A DNA stretch of 64,000 nt from a virus. Lineage: Duplodnaviria; Caudoviricetes. The position numbers and the translations under genes were made by a program. Location: IMG/VR virus record IMGVR_UViG_3300032332_002377; one strand, 5' to 3'. Below the pieces are notes generated by a model. The model did no database searches. It was not told where the DNA came from and was given only the letters and a program-made list of their open reading frames with translations. This document shows, one piece after another, positions 11,301-23,567 of this stretch (positions within the stretch are counted from its first letter, which is position 1; each line of letters opens with the position of its first letter).

Positions 11301-12402
11301 TGGAAAGATCCAGATCTTTCATGGCCACACCGTTTAATGTTGGATTATTGTCTACGTACAAATAAACTAAGCTAGAAAGCCTGTTCATGCCAGTAATACT
11401 GTTCAATCCACTTATTGGACCAATTCCTGCCATGTGAAGGTACTGCAGTGCAGTTAAAGCATTGAGTTCAACTCTATTAGCTGAGAGAGTTCTTTGAGGA
11501 GTGTCGCTAGAAGATTCAAATTGCCTGGCATACTGACCAATAAACAGATTTTTGAGTGTTGGTATGAATGGTACATACAAAGAAGATAAATTATTTTGTG
11601 AGACGTCTAAAGAAACAAGTGAGCTTAATGGTCCACCTATAGTAATACTTTTTAATTTATATGGCTCTTCATTTCCACTTTGAACCCCATTTGAGTAATT
11701 ATTCCATCTACTAAATTTAAGTTCTTGTACAGTAGATAAAAGCCGTGTATCACAATTATTAAAATTGATTGTAAAGTTTTTAAATGGATTGCGCCCTACA
11801 GAAACATTACGCGCTTCTGCGGCTTTATTATCATTACCCAGTTTGAAATCAAAAGCAGAAAGTTGATTATCAGAGAAATTCATGTTGTTGACCCTGCAAC
11901 CAGATATATTAACAGTGCTTAGTGAAGACTGTCTCATGTCTATAAAACCATAACCTCCGCCATTCCACCATTGAATATTGGTAATATAGAAAGCGCTTAA
12001 TGGACCAGCGCCCCACATGCCTATACCCTTCATGGGAAGGCCACGCAAATCCATGGTATTTAAATTATTATTACTTTCGTAATTTATTGATGATAGGTTA
12101 GGAAAAAGAGCAAAATTTATGGTTGTTGCTTTGGATTCACCGGTAGCCCAAGGAAACCAATCACTGTATCCTGCTCCACCTATAATCCATCTAACATTGT
12201 TTAGTTTTGATGATGCATTATTTATTTTTAATTCATTATTAGAAGTATATTGATTACCTTCAACATAATAATCAGAGCCAGAAACAAAGTTAACTATACT
12301 ATAAGGTTGACCTGCATATTGTGTGCTATCAACAGGTATAAAATAAGATGATAGAGCTGTTAAGCCTGTTGTTGTGGTGGTTGCTAGTGTTACAAATGCC
12401 AT
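8380..12402 (-). CDS. Leucine-rich-repeat protein with Ig/MBG-like and L-type lectin-like C-terminal domains (putative receptor-binding protein)
   Basis: LRR motifs [34 protein letters not shown]; [11 protein letters not shown] (MBG-like); EGFCVAF...WLGVGFD (L-lectin-like). Confidence 0.65.
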   Translation of the reverse strand: MAFVTLATTTTTGLTALSSYFIPVDSTQYAGQPYSIVNFVSGSDYYVEGNQYTSNNELKINNASSKLNNVRWIIGGAGYSDWFPWATGESKATTINFALFPNLSSINYESNNNLNTMDLRGLPMKGIGMWGAGPLSAFYITNIQWWNGGGYGFIDMRQSSLSTVNISGCRVNNMNFSDNQLSAFDFKLGNDNKAAEARNVSVGRNPFKNFTINFNNCDTRLLSTVQELKFSRWNNYSNGVQSGNEEPYKLKSITIGGPLSSLVSLDVSQNNLSSLYVPFIPTLKNLFIGQYARQFESSSDTPQRTLSANRVELNALTALQYLHMAGIGPISGLNSITGMNRLSSLVYLYVDNNPTLNGVAMKDLDLSIIPGQNLQWVSATQNPSITGINFGNQTFERRSISNPYVPEYRSPTLNLESCTSISALDISALSGLYDLYYPGATELRTLTLPLTSDAIAAVTVRGATYLTDLIVPTPLGYYLGVQHCPALTGLVLDHNYRLKVINVASVPSNLQFTGCSALYSIYINDTNTINMDFSELSGCNDITCYNNQYLNNINFPPSLNTLQIIDLVDNYVLSSIDIQNYTYLTYVRAQYSYASTINIKNNPRLCNITIYDPRYSILPFIDCSNNFNLREFVYGSDDVFGTIASSVSGFNFSNCYSLSSITLEGANLRNLDSIKPATNLKKLVSESLPLTSLDALNYMPSLTTVSIANIWGVTSPAPLVNLDSYNNPAGIQSVTINYINTLTSADTFIQNLTPKCRKLNLSFNNLKTLDTTPFSALNLNYIDLRYNKLSSQQIDSLLIALDNNPVIPVGTKYVYPGDNATLRSRVSNAARSHLLAKYWSGISIGAIQATPDLHIDPVPQTLQISKTTNILSTASYLGSSVPTYVTVLSGPGVITGSGTTLSATDSSGTITIAVCSRDTFYYKPAYTIYHIQAVRYDVSPLITFTGLNKIYTSNVVEASASVPTYSLSAQLSYYQDGVSATPLAAGYYTVSAVVSEKDYYGTAINTLSVINVNDFYTIPTSATSSFIYFPKNCDTTKDIVVTFDYAFYGQEEQGEEGFCVAFTDTSTYKVPITGGGPGKALNYTNLTLLSATNNTFVTKSFAGRFKGWLGVGFDASGNFALTGIDVPGYANKVPNSICIRDSYLSAYNTLYRTETLTSTAFKTPVTLYQSTTGEPVYTSVRVRLANLGKKIIVDMKPLSSSKYENYLQYDLPKSLPGITNVSLGYSSGKTTPTFKIKNFNLNYFDKEYIVSPYDLFTNYFNGPGEYGENGITYTSDYDYSFFYNAETPIGVPYTMDIFVRGIFLANVLFDPIYLNKDFAIQNDINGQATYSTFITGANYL

Positions 12403-12403
12403 G

Positions 12404-15400
12404 TTATGCGCCGAAAGTGAATTCGCCTCCTATAACTGTGCCTGCACTGCTTCCTACAGTGGTATAAGTTCGGAAACTCCAATCTTCAGGCAAATCATTA
12501 AAATTATTATGAAGAACATCCACATCAGGCTTGTACATAAGAGTTGTTATGTTACTTAATACACCGTTTAGATATTTAAATGATGTGACAAACACATAAA
12601 ATAAGTCAGAAGTATCTCTTGCCAAATATGTTAAGCTATAAAAGCCAGTTTCACTGCTGTATGTCATTAAAGGCTTATCAATGGAAACTATTTCAATATT
12701 GAGATTGGCCGATATGAGTGAAAAATCATACAAGTCAAATTCAGTAACAACATTCACAGGATAGATTTGTGTAATTTTTGGTTGGTTTAAGTTGAGAGAG
12801 TATATGGTAGGATATATTATTTTCTTATTAGATGTACTAACCAAAGGAGCAAGAGTGGTAGCAGCAAAAACAAGCTCATTTTCTTTTTCATTAAACCATA
12901 CAGTTGAAATTTTTTCAAAATTCTTGTGTTCACCTCTTTTAATAAACAGCTCATTAGTAGAAGAACCTCTTATGAGTTCGGTTGCATAATTGTATTCAAT
13001 TTTATCAAAAATTAAATAATTTTCTGTTTCAAATTGTATAAAATCGTAATACAAATCAAAGTTAATTAATTTATTACCTATTTCATTTATAATATCATTA
13101 GAAAATTTAATTAAAATACCAGACAAGGCAGTAGAAACAGGCGCAATTATGGTTGAGTTAGCATTTCTATAATAGAAATCACCATAAGTTTCAAATTTTG
13201 TTTCATATATTGTTTTTCTTTCTGCATTTTCATATTGTGTGGTATCAGCAGTAGTTTTACCAACTGGCTGCAGTACATCATAGTAATAATTGTTGAGGAA
13301 CAATCCTGATTGATTTTCAACAACATCCACACAAGGTTCAGTTAAATCAGAGAAACTACTCACCACAAAGAAACTTCCATTATACTGGGCAGATGAGAGA
13401 GGTGGCGCAAATAAGAAAGTACCTTGATATGCAAAGGTAGCTCGGTACCCTGGTCCTAATGGATTGACACCACCATCAACTAAAATATCATAATAAACTT
13501 GTGAAGTTTCTGGATTAAAATCAGAATTATCAGAAGGGTAATCTACAAGTAATGTAGAATTAGGAGCAACAAAAGTGAACCCATCTCTGATATTACAATC
13601 AAATGCGGTTTTTGAATAGTCTGAGCAAAAATTATCTGGTTGAAATCTATAAGAGTCTACATATGCAGGCAGTATATTAAGATTAAATTCTGGTATTCCA
13701 TTATTATATGCAGATGCACTCAAAGGTGATGTTGCAGATAGTGCAGGACCAGGTGTATAATAGCCAGAACCTGGAGGAATATTGTTTACTGTTTTGAGTA
13801 TTACTCCTGAGTAAGTATAACCTGATTCTGGAATATTTGTTTCATAATTAAAATTGTATCCCTGCTCATTATCATAAAACAAATAACCATCTAAAATTTT
13901 ACAATCTCTAGATACTTTAGATCTTTCCAAGGCTCTGATACTATCTGCTGTATCCTTGGGTGGTCCTATTATTTTGTATAATCCATAGCCGTTTCCATAC
14001 ACATCAGACTTGTATTGCACAACAGTTTTGTTATTAAATGTGAGAAGAGATGCTACTCTCTTATCTATTGGAAATTCTATTGCTGGTATTAATGGGTAAG
14101 TGTCTTGATTTGCCCAAATGTCTTTTTTAAAACTTGCAAAAAATTCTTGAGGATCTATGTATCTAGATAATCCTTGATCAGAGTAGTTTAATGTCTGTTC
14201 ACGGCTTTGATAACCTCGCATGGTGGGTACTAAAGGATCATTAAATACTTCACCAAATTTAAAACTGTTTGTGTAATCGGTTTTTATTATATCAGAATTT
14301 TCAGTGAACGTTAATGGTGAGTATTGTTCTTGCTTTGTATTGCCGGATACCTTACCATACAAATCAGGGTCTGGAAATATATAAAGACTATTAGAAGAAA
14401 GATTTACTGTGCATAATGAATGTGTGAAACTAAAATTTACAAATGTTAGAAGACCAATTTTATCTGGCTTAAAAAACAATCCTAAGTTTTTTGCAGTTGC
14501 AAGAAAATCAAGACTAGGAACTGCAGCAACTGTGGGTGTGTTTTTGTTCAAATAATTTGCAAATGGGCTGTCAACAGCAAATAACACACCTGAAACATAA
14601 TTAGTACCAGTACTGCCTGTTGAAATATAGTAGTAGTCAGTGCCTATAAACTTCTTTGTTAATGAAGCTTCTGTATTTAAATTTAAATTACTATCTGAAG
14701 CATCGTTTATTAAATTTACAAAATCTCTATCTTTTAAGAAGTTTAAATTGTTATTATTTACATTATAGTTTATTGAAAAGTTATCACCTAATTGAATTAG
14801 ATAAAAAGGATAACTTTTAATTGCATCTATTATGGCTTGGTCAAAATCTAAATACAGTTTGGGATTTATTTGAGAGGTATTGAAATCAAAATATTCTCCT
14901 CTAAACCCTGTACCGGCATCATATGCAGAAGCTGGTAGTGTACCCACATCTAAGTAATTTCTATATTGGTCATATATGTCTTCAATTTCTACTATGATAC
15001 TATTACGCACAGAAGAAACTGAAAGATTAATGGTCTTGATGAGATCTACTATGTCTTGAGCTTCTAATGTTTTGGAAATTTCATTATAAATCAAACTCTC
15101 AAGACCATAGTTACTGCCTTTTAAATTATACTCTACTACTGTATTGGGTAGCTTGTCTCTTAATGTTGCATAGTACAAGCAAATATCTTTTACTTTGCCA
15201 GCAAAAAATGGCACAGCAATGGCCAAGTCTCTAGGATTAGTTGGATCAATGTTTTTTAAGAATCGTTTCTCATCAGAAGTAGTATAATTTATAATAACTT
15301 CATTTATAAGATTTAAATACAAATCTTTAATTGTTATTGATTCAACAACAGGTTTTTCATTCTTTTTTTCATACCAAGTAGTTACATAATTTTGATATCT

Positions 15401-15559
15401 TTGTAATAAGTCAGAAATGTTAGTGAATAATATTTTGTTGTATTCAACCCACCTAACAAAAGAAAACGGATGACTACTGTCTAGTACAACTGTTTCTTGA
15501 TTTTTTGAAGTTATAGAATTGGGTATATTCTCTTCTATAAATCTATTGGTACTAGCCAT
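12404..15559 (-). CDS. Large virion structural protein (baseplate-associated)
   Basis: 1051 aa ORF in the baseplate cluster; TAAATA box 5 nt upstream. Confidence 0.55.
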   Translation of the reverse strand: MASTNRFIEENIPNSITSKNQETVVLDSSHPFSFVRWVEYNKILFTNISDLLQRYQNYVTTWYEKKNEKPVVESITIKDLYLNLINEVIINYTTSDEKRFLKNIDPTNPRDLAIAVPFFAGKVKDICLYYATLRDKLPNTVVEYNLKGSNYGLESLIYNEISKTLEAQDIVDLIKTINLSVSSVRNSIIVEIEDIYDQYRNYLDVGTLPASAYDAGTGFRGEYFDFNTSQINPKLYLDFDQAIIDAIKSYPFYLIQLGDNFSINYNVNNNNLNFLKDRDFVNLINDASDSNLNLNTEASLTKKFIGTDYYYISTGSTGTNYVSGVLFAVDSPFANYLNKNTPTVAAVPSLDFLATAKNLGLFFKPDKIGLLTFVNFSFTHSLCTVNLSSNSLYIFPDPDLYGKVSGNTKQEQYSPLTFTENSDIIKTDYTNSFKFGEVFNDPLVPTMRGYQSREQTLNYSDQGLSRYIDPQEFFASFKKDIWANQDTYPLIPAIEFPIDKRVASLLTFNNKTVVQYKSDVYGNGYGLYKIIGPPKDTADSIRALERSKVSRDCKILDGYLFYDNEQGYNFNYETNIPESGYTYSGVILKTVNNIPPGSGYYTPGPALSATSPLSASAYNNGIPEFNLNILPAYVDSYRFQPDNFCSDYSKTAFDCNIRDGFTFVAPNSTLLVDYPSDNSDFNPETSQVYYDILVDGGVNPLGPGYRATFAYQGTFLFAPPLSSAQYNGSFFVVSSFSDLTEPCVDVVENQSGLFLNNYYYDVLQPVGKTTADTTQYENAERKTIYETKFETYGDFYYRNANSTIIAPVSTALSGILIKFSNDIINEIGNKLINFDLYYDFIQFETENYLIFDKIEYNYATELIRGSSTNELFIKRGEHKNFEKISTVWFNEKENELVFAATTLAPLVSTSNKKIIYPTIYSLNLNQPKITQIYPVNVVTEFDLYDFSLISANLNIEIVSIDKPLMTYSSETGFYSLTYLARDTSDLFYVFVTSFKYLNGVLSNITTLMYKPDVDVLHNNFNDLPEDWSFRTYTTVGSSAGTVIGGEFTFGA

Positions 15560-15567
15560 TAAATTAT

Positions 15568-15876
15568 TTAATTGTTGTATTGTATATTAGCTGCACTCGT
15601 AAATAGTTTTAATCCTTTGGTGAGCTCATAACTAAGCAGATTCTGCATTATTCCATCTCTATTAGCCCATAGCCCATAAGATGACAAGGTGGGTGATAAG
15701 AAAGTCATGGGATTATCCCAATCTATTATATTATTATAGAAAGACCCTTCTTGTTTGTCCACATATTCATAAAAATCATAGTAATTAGATATTTCTACAC
15801 CAGACACACCTTTTGGAGCAACCAATCCCCATCCCCAATCGTAACTGTATGTGCTTAATGGTGCTGGGGCATTCAT
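15568..15876 (-). CDS. Small structural protein, possibly the detached C-terminus of 15905..21169
   Basis: Own TATAAATA 10 nt upstream; DWGWGLV...IIDWDNP. Confidence 0.6.
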   Translation of the reverse strand: MNAPAPLSTYSYDWGWGLVAPKGVSGVEISNYYDFYEYVDKQEGSFYNNIIDWDNPMTFLSPTLSSYGLWANRDGIMQNLLSYELTKGLKLFTSAANIQYNN

Positions 15877-15904
15877 GTGGTAATAATATTTATAATATAA
15901 TTCA

Positions 15905-18900
15905 TTAGTATGTTACTACGTATGTGCTAAGAATACCTAAAAGAGTACATGCGCTGGGGTAAATTTGGTTCAAAGAGTAAGGTATAGCTGACAATACATA
16001 TATAGAGGTATACAGAGGACTGCCGTTACTAAACTGACCGCGATCATTATTTCCTGCTATATAAATAGCTGTTGAACCAGTGCCGGAGGTGCCTGCACTT
16101 AAAGCGACTATACTAGAATAGCTACAAGGATACATTTGGACAAAATCACCTGGTATAGCAGAAAATGCATAGCTGATAATTGATGCATTTGCAAATCCTC
16201 TGCCCATTTGCCCGTTGGTATTGTATCCTGTTGCAAACCATTTTGTTAATGGTGCACCTGTTACATCATTTGCACTTTGAGCTATTGTTGTAAAAGTAGT
16301 AGAATATATGGTATACCAGTTGCCAGGTATAGCTGTAAAAGTTTGAGAATTAGTAGCGCTGCCATTTCCAAATACACCGAAAGTAGTATTATAACCAACT
16401 GCATACCACTTGGTTGAACCTGTGCCTAGAGGTCCTGCACTTTGCGCAAAAGTACATGCATAAGTAGAAGAGCCTCTGTTTGGTATCATATTAACCCAGT
16501 CGCCGGTAATGCGTGTATAAGATGTATAATTGCCTCCACCTCCTTGAGAGAAACCAAATATATTATTTGCTGTGTTTCTGCCTGCTGCATACCATTTAGT
16601 AGACGGAGTTCCATTTGGATTAGCGCTTTGAGCTATGCTATAACCATCACCAATTTTTATACTAGACCACAGACCAGTAAGAGGTACAAATGAATTGTAT
16701 TGAGTTCCTACAGTATAAAGTGGGTCTCCAAATTGACCAAAAGCATTGGGACCTGTAGCAAACCATTTATATGTTTTGTTTCTTAATGAATTAGCGCTAT
16801 GAGCAACAGTATAAGAATTACTATAGGAACAGCCAGTTGTTATATCTATCCAATCACCTGGTATTGCTGTTAACTGAACGCTAAATGTATTTCCTATTCC
16901 TAGCAAACCAAAATCATTAGCACCTACACCAAACCATTTAGTTGTGTTAGCAGAAAGGGCAAAATGTGCAGGTGATATACCATCATCAGAAAGAGAAAAG
17001 TTACTATACTGCGGTACAGAGCTTGCAACTGTAGATAAAGCTGTTAGAGTAGTCACAGTAGAACTCTGTATACCAAACATTTGATTACTGTTAGTACCGC
17101 CAAAGAAAGCAAGACGCCCAGCAACTGGTGCAGGTAATGGTGTTGGAGTAATAGTTGGTGTTGGCGTCGGTGTAGAAGTCGGTGTTGGTGTGGGTGTAAT
17201 AGTCGGTGTTGGTGTGGGTGTATTGGTTATAGTCGGTGTGGGCGTAGGTGTATTGGTTAAAGTAGGAGTGGGTGTGATAGTTGGTGTATTAGTTGCAGTT
17301 GGGGTAGGTGTAGGGGTATTAGTAATAGTTGGCGTTGGAGTTGGAGTGAAAGTAGGTGCGCCTGTAGTTGTAGGTGTCGGCGTTGGGGTAGGTGTTCTAG
17401 TAATAGTTGGTGTTGGCGTCGGTGTAGAAGTTGGTGTGGGTGTAATAGTAGGCGTTGGTGTAATAGTTGGCGTAGGAGTAACTGTAGGTGTGACTGTTGG
17501 TGTTGGTGTTACTGTAGGTGTATTAGTTATGGTAGGCGTAGGTGTAATAGTTGGTGTTGGTGTTATGGTGGGCGTAGGTGTGATAGTAGGTGTAGGGGTA
17601 GGAGTAGGTGTAACTGTTGGGGTAGGTGTGGGGGTGGGTGATGATGTTAAATATTGTAAGGCTATTAAAGCTGATCCTGTGTTATAATAGTAAATAGTGA
17701 AATAATTGTTAGGCAGAGCAGAAAGTGTGCCAGTGAAACCAATGTAAATTGGGTTGGTATCTAAATATGTGTTTGCAAAATTGTATCCAGAAAGATAACA
17801 GTTGCTAAAATTATTGATGTCCAGATTGTTTAGAATAGAACAGCTGGCAGTTGGGCTAAACTGCAGATCAAAAGATGATACTGAGGTGGATACAATAACG
17901 TTAAAGTTGCTGTATGTATTGTAATCTGGTTGAACAATTTGATTATTAACAGTAACATTAATTACTGGTACAGGTGTTGGTGTTGGTGTTACAGTAGGCG
18001 TAGGAGTGGGTGTTGGTGTCGGTGTTGGCTCTTGTATATGATTGTTGACCAAAGTATATTTGTTTGAAAACCGCTCGTATGCTACTATTGGAGTACCGGG
18101 ATATATTATTCCAGAAACAGGTGATATTTTATTGCCCAAATTTCTCCCTATGTTGGGGTTTACTGTGTAGCGTTTGTTGAAATCTAAACCATATTTGTTT
18201 GTATCACCAAATAGATATTTGTGTTTAATACTCAAAAGATCTACCAAGCGTCTAAACTGAGGTGGGTAGGGGTAATTGTATTGTTCAAACTGCACACCAA
18301 GTTCATAACAAAAAGATATTAAACTATCTATATTACATTTACCTACATCAGAAATATTGCTTGTAAAGTTTGCTATTTTTTCATAAACTGTTTTACCAAG
18401 TTCATAAGGCTGTGCACATAAGCCACCTACTATTGTTCCTAAAAATTTATTAAAAAACACATCTCTATCTATTAGAATTTCTTGATATCTTAAATCATTA
18501 TAAAATTCATTAGCATTAAAATCTTCATTTATTTTTTGAATATTGACAACACCACTGTCTTGATAAATGTCAAATGTTGCTGATTCCCCAGAAATATAAC
18601 GAGTTACAGTGTAAGGGATCATGTACTTGTTTATCCATCTAGATCCATTCCAGTCACCATATGCTTGAAAGCTCTTTTCTTCGTATGCAGATGTTAAGTA
18701 TGCAGGGACGAATGGAAAATCTATGTCCAAATAATCTACTGAAGTAATAGGCTGTGTATTTAAAAATGCATCAAAGTAATAAATTTTCTTATCAAAATTA
18801 TTGAGAACCCAAATAAAGTTTGAGGTATCTCCCGCTATTCCGCCTATACTACAAATATAGTTGGTAGTATTTTGACCGGTGCCTGCATTGAAGTTAGTAA

Positions 18901-21169
18901 ATGCTCCAGTATTTTTATCAATTCTAGTAAGCGTTTCTGTTGAATGGGCTATGTAAGCATTTTGATTGCCATCCAGAGCAATGTTACCAGCAAGCTTAAC
19001 GCCTGAAACAGGAAAGTTGTTTGCTGGTACTCCATCCAGATTAAATTTGTAAACCAAATCATTTCTGTCTTTAATGCTAGGAGGATTGTATGCGTTGTTT
19101 AAAGCTGTTAGCCAGACATACCTGTCTCTATCTACCACAACTTCAACTGGTGATATTAATGGAGGGAATGGAATTGTAGTGAGAATACTTCCATATGTAT
19201 TGTATTTTATAAGAAAATTGGATACAGGGTGTGTATAAGCTACCCAAACATTATCATCACCATCAGTATCTAAGGAAGAAGGCAGTAATGTATCTTCACC
19301 AGCATAACCGGATAATAATTCTATATTGTAATCAGATCCGAGATAATAGACGAGATTGGTTAAATTTGGATAAGCATAGTTCTTTAACACACCATCTGCA
19401 AAATTTATTTTAATACAAGAAACTGCATCAAAGAGAGATACCCACAAATCACCTTTACTATCAAGTGCTATACTATTAGGAGCTGCACTAGATAGAACTT
19501 CAGATCTAAGGTCCATGTAGTCCACACCAATTATGGAAGATACCGGGTAGGATGACAAGTTAAAAGAAGACAATATATTACCATATACGTCAAGCTTATA
19601 CAGAGCATTAGCTACTGCATCACCAATCCAAGCTTGATAATCACCGTTTGTACCTGCGCCAGATGGAGCAACTGCCACACAATATGAATTGCCAACACTT
19701 TGTAATGTTGAAAATTGCTGACCTGTGCCAGAAAGGATAATTGAAAGGCTACCTGCACAATAATTAAAAATGTTGGTTTTAAAGATACGTTGCACATACC
19801 TGTAGTTTGGTTCACATATCCAAGCTAATAAACTATCTTTTGGAAAGTTGACAGGATCAATTACTGTCATTCCTGCAGTTATTTTACAGTTAATAGTGCT
19901 TTCAGTAGGTAAAAAATATCCTTTATAGAAAGAACCAACAGAACGTGGAATGTCTTCTGTAAAATCACTGTAAAATTTAGCTGTAGTTATTCTTTCAACA
20001 TTATTTTTTACTAAATCTAATTGCAAATTAAATGTTGTAAGTAGGTTGCTTGTGGTATCATATCCTGTGTCTATTTTTAAACAAGATAATGCTGGATACG
20101 TTCTTGTTGTATAATTTTCAATGTCTTTCATTCTAACTACAAAAGGTATTTCTGTATTTTGCCAACTTATTTTAGGTATGTTAAAGTTAGTGGCTGAGAG
20201 TGATCCTTCTCCATCTATGCCATTAGATGTAATTGAAAGAACAGCTACTGGATTGTGTCTAACTTTAATAATTGGCTGCACAGCTGTTTGAAGTGTTTCA
20301 AATCCTTCAGGTGGGTATGGTATATAATCAAAAAGTTTATTCTTAAATGTGAAACTGTCATTAAAGTCAGCATTGTCTACTGTAGCAAATACAAATATAG
20401 GCGATTCTCTGGTAGAAAAGTTTTTAGTTCTGTCGTCAACATAATAAATTTCTGCATATCCTGTTGTTCCCGCAAAAATAGAACCAGTGTCTTCTTTGCT
20501 GCATCTTTCTAATATACCGTTGTTTAACCTGGCATAAATTTCTGTATCAATAGTAGAAATGGAAGTCACAATATTATAAGACTCTACATCACCTATTCTA
20601 ACTTTTTCATAAAATCTTGATAATGAGCGCAAATGACTCCATTTATCCCTATTATATGCATTAATGTCAATGTAGCTTCCTAAAGCACCAGAAGCATATA
20701 AGTTGATTGTGAATTTATTGCCAGTTAAAGAATTAAAAGTTTGAAAACTATTTCTTCTTTGAATAATTAATGGATCAATAATTTTGCTAGCTGGTACGTC
20801 ATAAATAAACCTGCCGTAATCTTTAAATTTTAAATCATCTGCAACAAAATTGAAAATAGAAACTGTAGGCTTGTAAAAATTTTCATATACAAATCCATTG
20901 TTATCAAAAACATTTAAAACTATTTTATAATTGCCTGGCCATTTATAGATATGTGTAGCTGTCAAATCAGCAGATGTAGTACCATCACCAAAATCCCATT
21001 GTAAAGTTTTGTTTGAGAGATAAGCATCTGTTGATAACAAGGTAGCAGTTGTAAAATCAGGAATACAGGTAAGAGGCGTGATGTCTAGCGTGTATGAAGA
21101 AAGAGAATTTTGACCTGTGTAATCTTTTATGTCAAAATAAACGTACGTGTAGTTTTTCTGCTCGGACAT
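15905..21169 (-). CDS. Giant baseplate-associated protein: PKD domain, beta-propeller, baseplate-like segment, Pro-Thr stalk, RCC1-like repeats
   Basis: WDFGDG (PKD); repeated [11 protein letters not shown] / [11 protein letters not shown]; C-terminal KWFATG.N..GQ repeats; coupled to the gp6-like gene. Confidence 0.65.
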   Translation of the reverse strand: MSEQKNYTYVYFDIKDYTGQNSLSSYTLDITPLTCIPDFTTATLLSTDAYLSNKTLQWDFGDGTTSADLTATHIYKWPGNYKIVLNVFDNNGFVYENFYKPTVSIFNFVADDLKFKDYGRFIYDVPASKIIDPLIIQRRNSFQTFNSLTGNKFTINLYASGALGSYIDINAYNRDKWSHLRSLSRFYEKVRIGDVESYNIVTSISTIDTEIYARLNNGILERCSKEDTGSIFAGTTGYAEIYYVDDRTKNFSTRESPIFVFATVDNADFNDSFTFKNKLFDYIPYPPEGFETLQTAVQPIIKVRHNPVAVLSITSNGIDGEGSLSATNFNIPKISWQNTEIPFVVRMKDIENYTTRTYPALSCLKIDTGYDTTSNLLTTFNLQLDLVKNNVERITTAKFYSDFTEDIPRSVGSFYKGYFLPTESTINCKITAGMTVIDPVNFPKDSLLAWICEPNYRYVQRIFKTNIFNYCAGSLSIILSGTGQQFSTLQSVGNSYCVAVAPSGAGTNGDYQAWIGDAVANALYKLDVYGNILSSFNLSSYPVSSIIGVDYMDLRSEVLSSAAPNSIALDSKGDLWVSLFDAVSCIKINFADGVLKNYAYPNLTNLVYYLGSDYNIELLSGYAGEDTLLPSSLDTDGDDNVWVAYTHPVSNFLIKYNTYGSILTTIPFPPLISPVEVVVDRDRYVWLTALNNAYNPPSIKDRNDLVYKFNLDGVPANNFPVSGVKLAGNIALDGNQNAYIAHSTETLTRIDKNTGAFTNFNAGTGQNTTNYICSIGGIAGDTSNFIWVLNNFDKKIYYFDAFLNTQPITSVDYLDIDFPFVPAYLTSAYEEKSFQAYGDWNGSRWINKYMIPYTVTRYISGESATFDIYQDSGVVNIQKINEDFNANEFYNDLRYQEILIDRDVFFNKFLGTIVGGLCAQPYELGKTVYEKIANFTSNISDVGKCNIDSLISFCYELGVQFEQYNYPYPPQFRRLVDLLSIKHKYLFGDTNKYGLDFNKRYTVNPNIGRNLGNKISPVSGIIYPGTPIVAYERFSNKYTLVNNHIQEPTPTPTPTPTPTVTPTPTPVPVINVTVNNQIVQPDYNTYSNFNVIVSTSVSSFDLQFSPTASCSILNNLDINNFSNCYLSGYNFANTYLDTNPIYIGFTGTLSALPNNYFTIYYYNTGSALIALQYLTSSPTPTPTPTVTPTPTPTPTITPTPTITPTPTITPTPTITNTPTVTPTPTVTPTVTPTPTITPTPTITPTPTSTPTPTPTITRTPTPTPTPTTTGAPTFTPTPTPTITNTPTPTPTATNTPTITPTPTLTNTPTPTPTITNTPTPTPTITPTPTPTSTPTPTPTITPTPLPAPVAGRLAFFGGTNSNQMFGIQSSTVTTLTALSTVASSVPQYSNFSLSDDGISPAHFALSANTTKWFGVGANDFGLLGIGNTFSVQLTAIPGDWIDITTGCSYSNSYTVAHSANSLRNKTYKWFATGPNAFGQFGDPLYTVGTQYNSFVPLTGLWSSIKIGDGYSIAQSANPNGTPSTKWYAAGRNTANNIFGFSQGGGGNYTSYTRITGDWVNMIPNRGSSTYACTFAQSAGPLGTGSTKWYAVGYNTTFGVFGNGSATNSQTFTAIPGNWYTIYSTTFTTIAQSANDVTGAPLTKWFATGYNTNGQMGRGFANASIISYAFSAIPGDFVQMYPCSYSSIVALSAGTSGTGSTAIYIAGNNDRGQFSNGSPLYTSIYVLSAIPYSLNQIYPSACTLLGILSTYVVTY
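17138..17640 (-). repeat. Long Pro-Thr coding repeat tract (about 165 aa)
   Basis: [12 protein letters not shown]... repeats. Confidence 0.9.
17966..18029 (-). repeat. Short Pro-Thr coding tract
   Basis: [21 protein letters not shown]. Confidence 0.85.
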
Positions 21170-23025
21170 TAGAATTCTCTCTCAAGTAGTTGAATAGAGG
21201 GTGTAATTACTTTCACCTTATCAATAAAAGAGGAAGAATTGTTAAGGTAGGGGAATTTAAAATAAGGAAGCTGTGTATCCTGTGCTACTATGCTAATGTC
21301 AGTGTAAGGATATACAGGGTTGTATGCCAGAAAACTTATGCCTGGTGTGGAGTAAGTCTGGTCTGCTTGTATTCTTATGGTCTTTATACCTATTACGCCT
21401 TCTATTTTGTTTATGCTGTTGGATAAATCTGTTAAAGAAACTAGCTTACCTAGATTGTTTTGTGTAGTTGAGAAATAATTGGTAAATATTTCTGCTACTT
21501 GTTTTTTAATTGCTTCAGGGTTTCTTTTTGATGTAATTTCTCTTGTAACTTCAAGATAGCAATTGTTGGATATATCAGGAGTCAGGCTTTCATTAACTAT
21601 TCTTACACCTAGATCAAACTGTACATAGACAGGATCGTTAAAAACAATCTCTGCAGTAGCCAGTTTGGTCTTGTTTATGTCATTAATAATGAGATTCTTT
21701 TGTGCAGCGTTTAGATAGTTAGTTCTTGTAGTAATGGAGGTAATTTTTTCTAACTTTGGTACTGCATATATATAGATATTATTAAAATTACAAGAATCAG
21801 AGAATTTTACTTGATTAAACAATATTCTTGATTCTAGGTTAGGCTTGGTAATACCCAAATCAAAGTAATACTTGACATGCTGACTTAAATAATCCCAATT
21901 GTTGACAACTTGTACTGAAGCTAGCAAGTTTCCATAATTTTTTAATATGTAACTAGTAAAATCTTCAGTAGTGATTAATCTAAACTGGCTCTTGAATGTA
22001 TTTGTGGCATTGGCTTTAATATTTGCAACTGATTCTGCAGGTACAAACTGTGTAGAAGGATCAGGGTTTTCAAAGCTTAAAAGATTTAACTCAGCTTGAG
22101 TAAGTACTCTCAAGTTAGTTGGTGTGGTATCAACTTTAATAGCATTAAATTTGGTTGTCCCATAATTAAAGAGTGTGTTACCATTGAGAACATTAGGCCC
22201 AATTTGACCAGTTGTGCCATTAGAAGAAATAAAATAAATTGCTACTTCATCGCCAGCATTGAGTTGCTTGCCGTTTACATTATTACCAAACTTAATTTCA
22301 TACCTTCCATCTTCATTTAATCTGATTTCATATTTTGTTGAGTTTGGTCTTTCTAAGAATAATGACTGTGAAGGCGACCACTTTACCCAAGTTGGTTTTG
22401 TAGCAGTATTGTCTTTTACATAAACGTCAATATTAAAATTATCTATAACTGTATTAACGTTGTTATTATCTACAGAAGTTATTGTCAATATCTCAAATGG
22501 CTCGCCAATTGCAAAATAAGAAGGATACTCTGTGTAGCTTCCTTGATACAGTAAATTTTGATCACTAAAGTCAGAAAGATATTCTGTACCAGAAATTGAT
22601 TTAGTAAAAGTGAGGTCATTGTTAAAACTATAAACTGTACCATTAACAGTAAAATAAGAATACCGTTGAATAGTGTATGTCTCAGGTGCTAGTTGATTGT
22701 TAGCATAAGCTTTAAACGGTAACAAAGCTGTCTGATATCCAACTGGATTGTATCCAATTAGTTTTACAATTTTGTTTATATTTTCGTAAATAGTTGCAGT
22801 ATTAAAATTACTTTCAGAAGCAGTTTGATTGAGATAGAAAAGCAGCACATTGTATGCATAAGCAATAATATCTATAATGGCTGAAATATTACTGCCTTCA
22901 AAATTTTGATCAGTGAATGTGGTATTGCTGTTTAGCCTCTTGATAATTAAACTCTTTAAAGACAACGCATCAAATGCTGCATAATTGTCTGTGTTTATCT
23001 GATAATTGTTATTGAGGGTTGCCAT
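21169..23025 (-). CDS. gp6: Baseplate wedge subunit (T4 gp6-like)
   Basis: [50 protein letters not shown]. Confidence 0.9.
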   Translation of the reverse strand: MATLNNNYQINTDNYAAFDALSLKSLIIKRLNSNTTFTDQNFEGSNISAIIDIIAYAYNVLLFYLNQTASESNFNTATIYENINKIVKLIGYNPVGYQTALLPFKAYANNQLAPETYTIQRYSYFTVNGTVYSFNNDLTFTKSISGTEYLSDFSDQNLLYQGSYTEYPSYFAIGEPFEILTITSVDNNNVNTVIDNFNIDVYVKDNTATKPTWVKWSPSQSLFLERPNSTKYEIRLNEDGRYEIKFGNNVNGKQLNAGDEVAIYFISSNGTTGQIGPNVLNGNTLFNYGTTKFNAIKVDTTPTNLRVLTQAELNLLSFENPDPSTQFVPAESVANIKANATNTFKSQFRLITTEDFTSYILKNYGNLLASVQVVNNWDYLSQHVKYYFDLGITKPNLESRILFNQVKFSDSCNFNNIYIYAVPKLEKITSITTRTNYLNAAQKNLIINDINKTKLATAEIVFNDPVYVQFDLGVRIVNESLTPDISNNCYLEVTREITSKRNPEAIKKQVAEIFTNYFSTTQNNLGKLVSLTDLSNSINKIEGVIGIKTIRIQADQTYSTPGISFLAYNPVYPYTDISIVAQDTQLPYFKFPYLNNSSSFIDKVKVITPSIQLLEREF

Positions 23026-23027
23026 AT

Positions 23028-23507
23028 TTAATTATTTAAAAAGAAACCTGAGTTACTCAAGGTTCCTACAAGCTGAAAAGATTGATTGTTGATTTGTGGT
23101 ACACCTATTTCCATCAATATTTGATAGTACTGACCTTCAATACTGAACCCTACAACAAGATTTTTTATCTTAATTCTAGGTTCATAAGTTGCTATCCCTG
23201 TAGTTATATCAGTAGCAATATTTGATGCTATGTCTTCATTGACAGGTTCAAACAGGTATTTTACTAGATTCAACCCAAAATAAGGGTTTAAAAGCTTTTG
23301 ACCTGGTATAGTTGTGAATAAGCTAACAATACTATTCTTTATAGCATCATAGTCTAAGCTATTGACTGCATCTTTAATCTGCTTTTTGCGTAAAAGTTCA
23401 TTGTTTATCAGGTAATCGAACATTAAATCTAGTTTTATGTCAGAATACGTGAATCCACGGCTAACTACAGGTTTTTGATTCAAGGATCTAATGGTTATGT
23501 TAGCCAT
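23028..23507 (-). CDS. gp25: Baseplate wedge subunit (T4 gp25-like)
   Basis: AIKNSI..LFTTIPGQKLLNPYFG...LFEP...YEPRI. Confidence 0.9.
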   Translation of the reverse strand: MANITIRSLNQKPVVSRGFTYSDIKLDLMFDYLINNELLRKKQIKDAVNSLDYDAIKNSIVSLFTTIPGQKLLNPYFGLNLVKYLFEPVNEDIASNIATDITTGIATYEPRIKIKNLVVGFSIEGQYYQILMEIGVPQINNQSFQLVGTLSNSGFFLNN

Positions 23508-23567
23508 ATTATTATTTATAAAAAAAATAAAGAAGGAATAATAAGCTTGTTGAAATAAATAATTTAA
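23508..23567. promoter_or_regulatory. Divergent pair of late-type TAAATA boxes
   Basis: Minus-strand box at 23513-23518 (5 nt to ATG); plus-strand box at 23556-23561 (6 nt to ATG). Confidence 0.65.

Noticed and set aside
17190-17687. Plus-strand Val/Gly-repeat ORFs (also 6611..6994, 7938..8156, 27593..27979)
   Set aside because: Antisense shadows of Pro-Thr/Thr-rich tracts, which lack stop codons on the opposite strand
15905-21169. Intron, intein or diversity-generating retroelement in the giant gene
   Set aside because: No reverse transcriptase, homing endonuclease, intein termini or adenine-specific template/variable repeat pair seen
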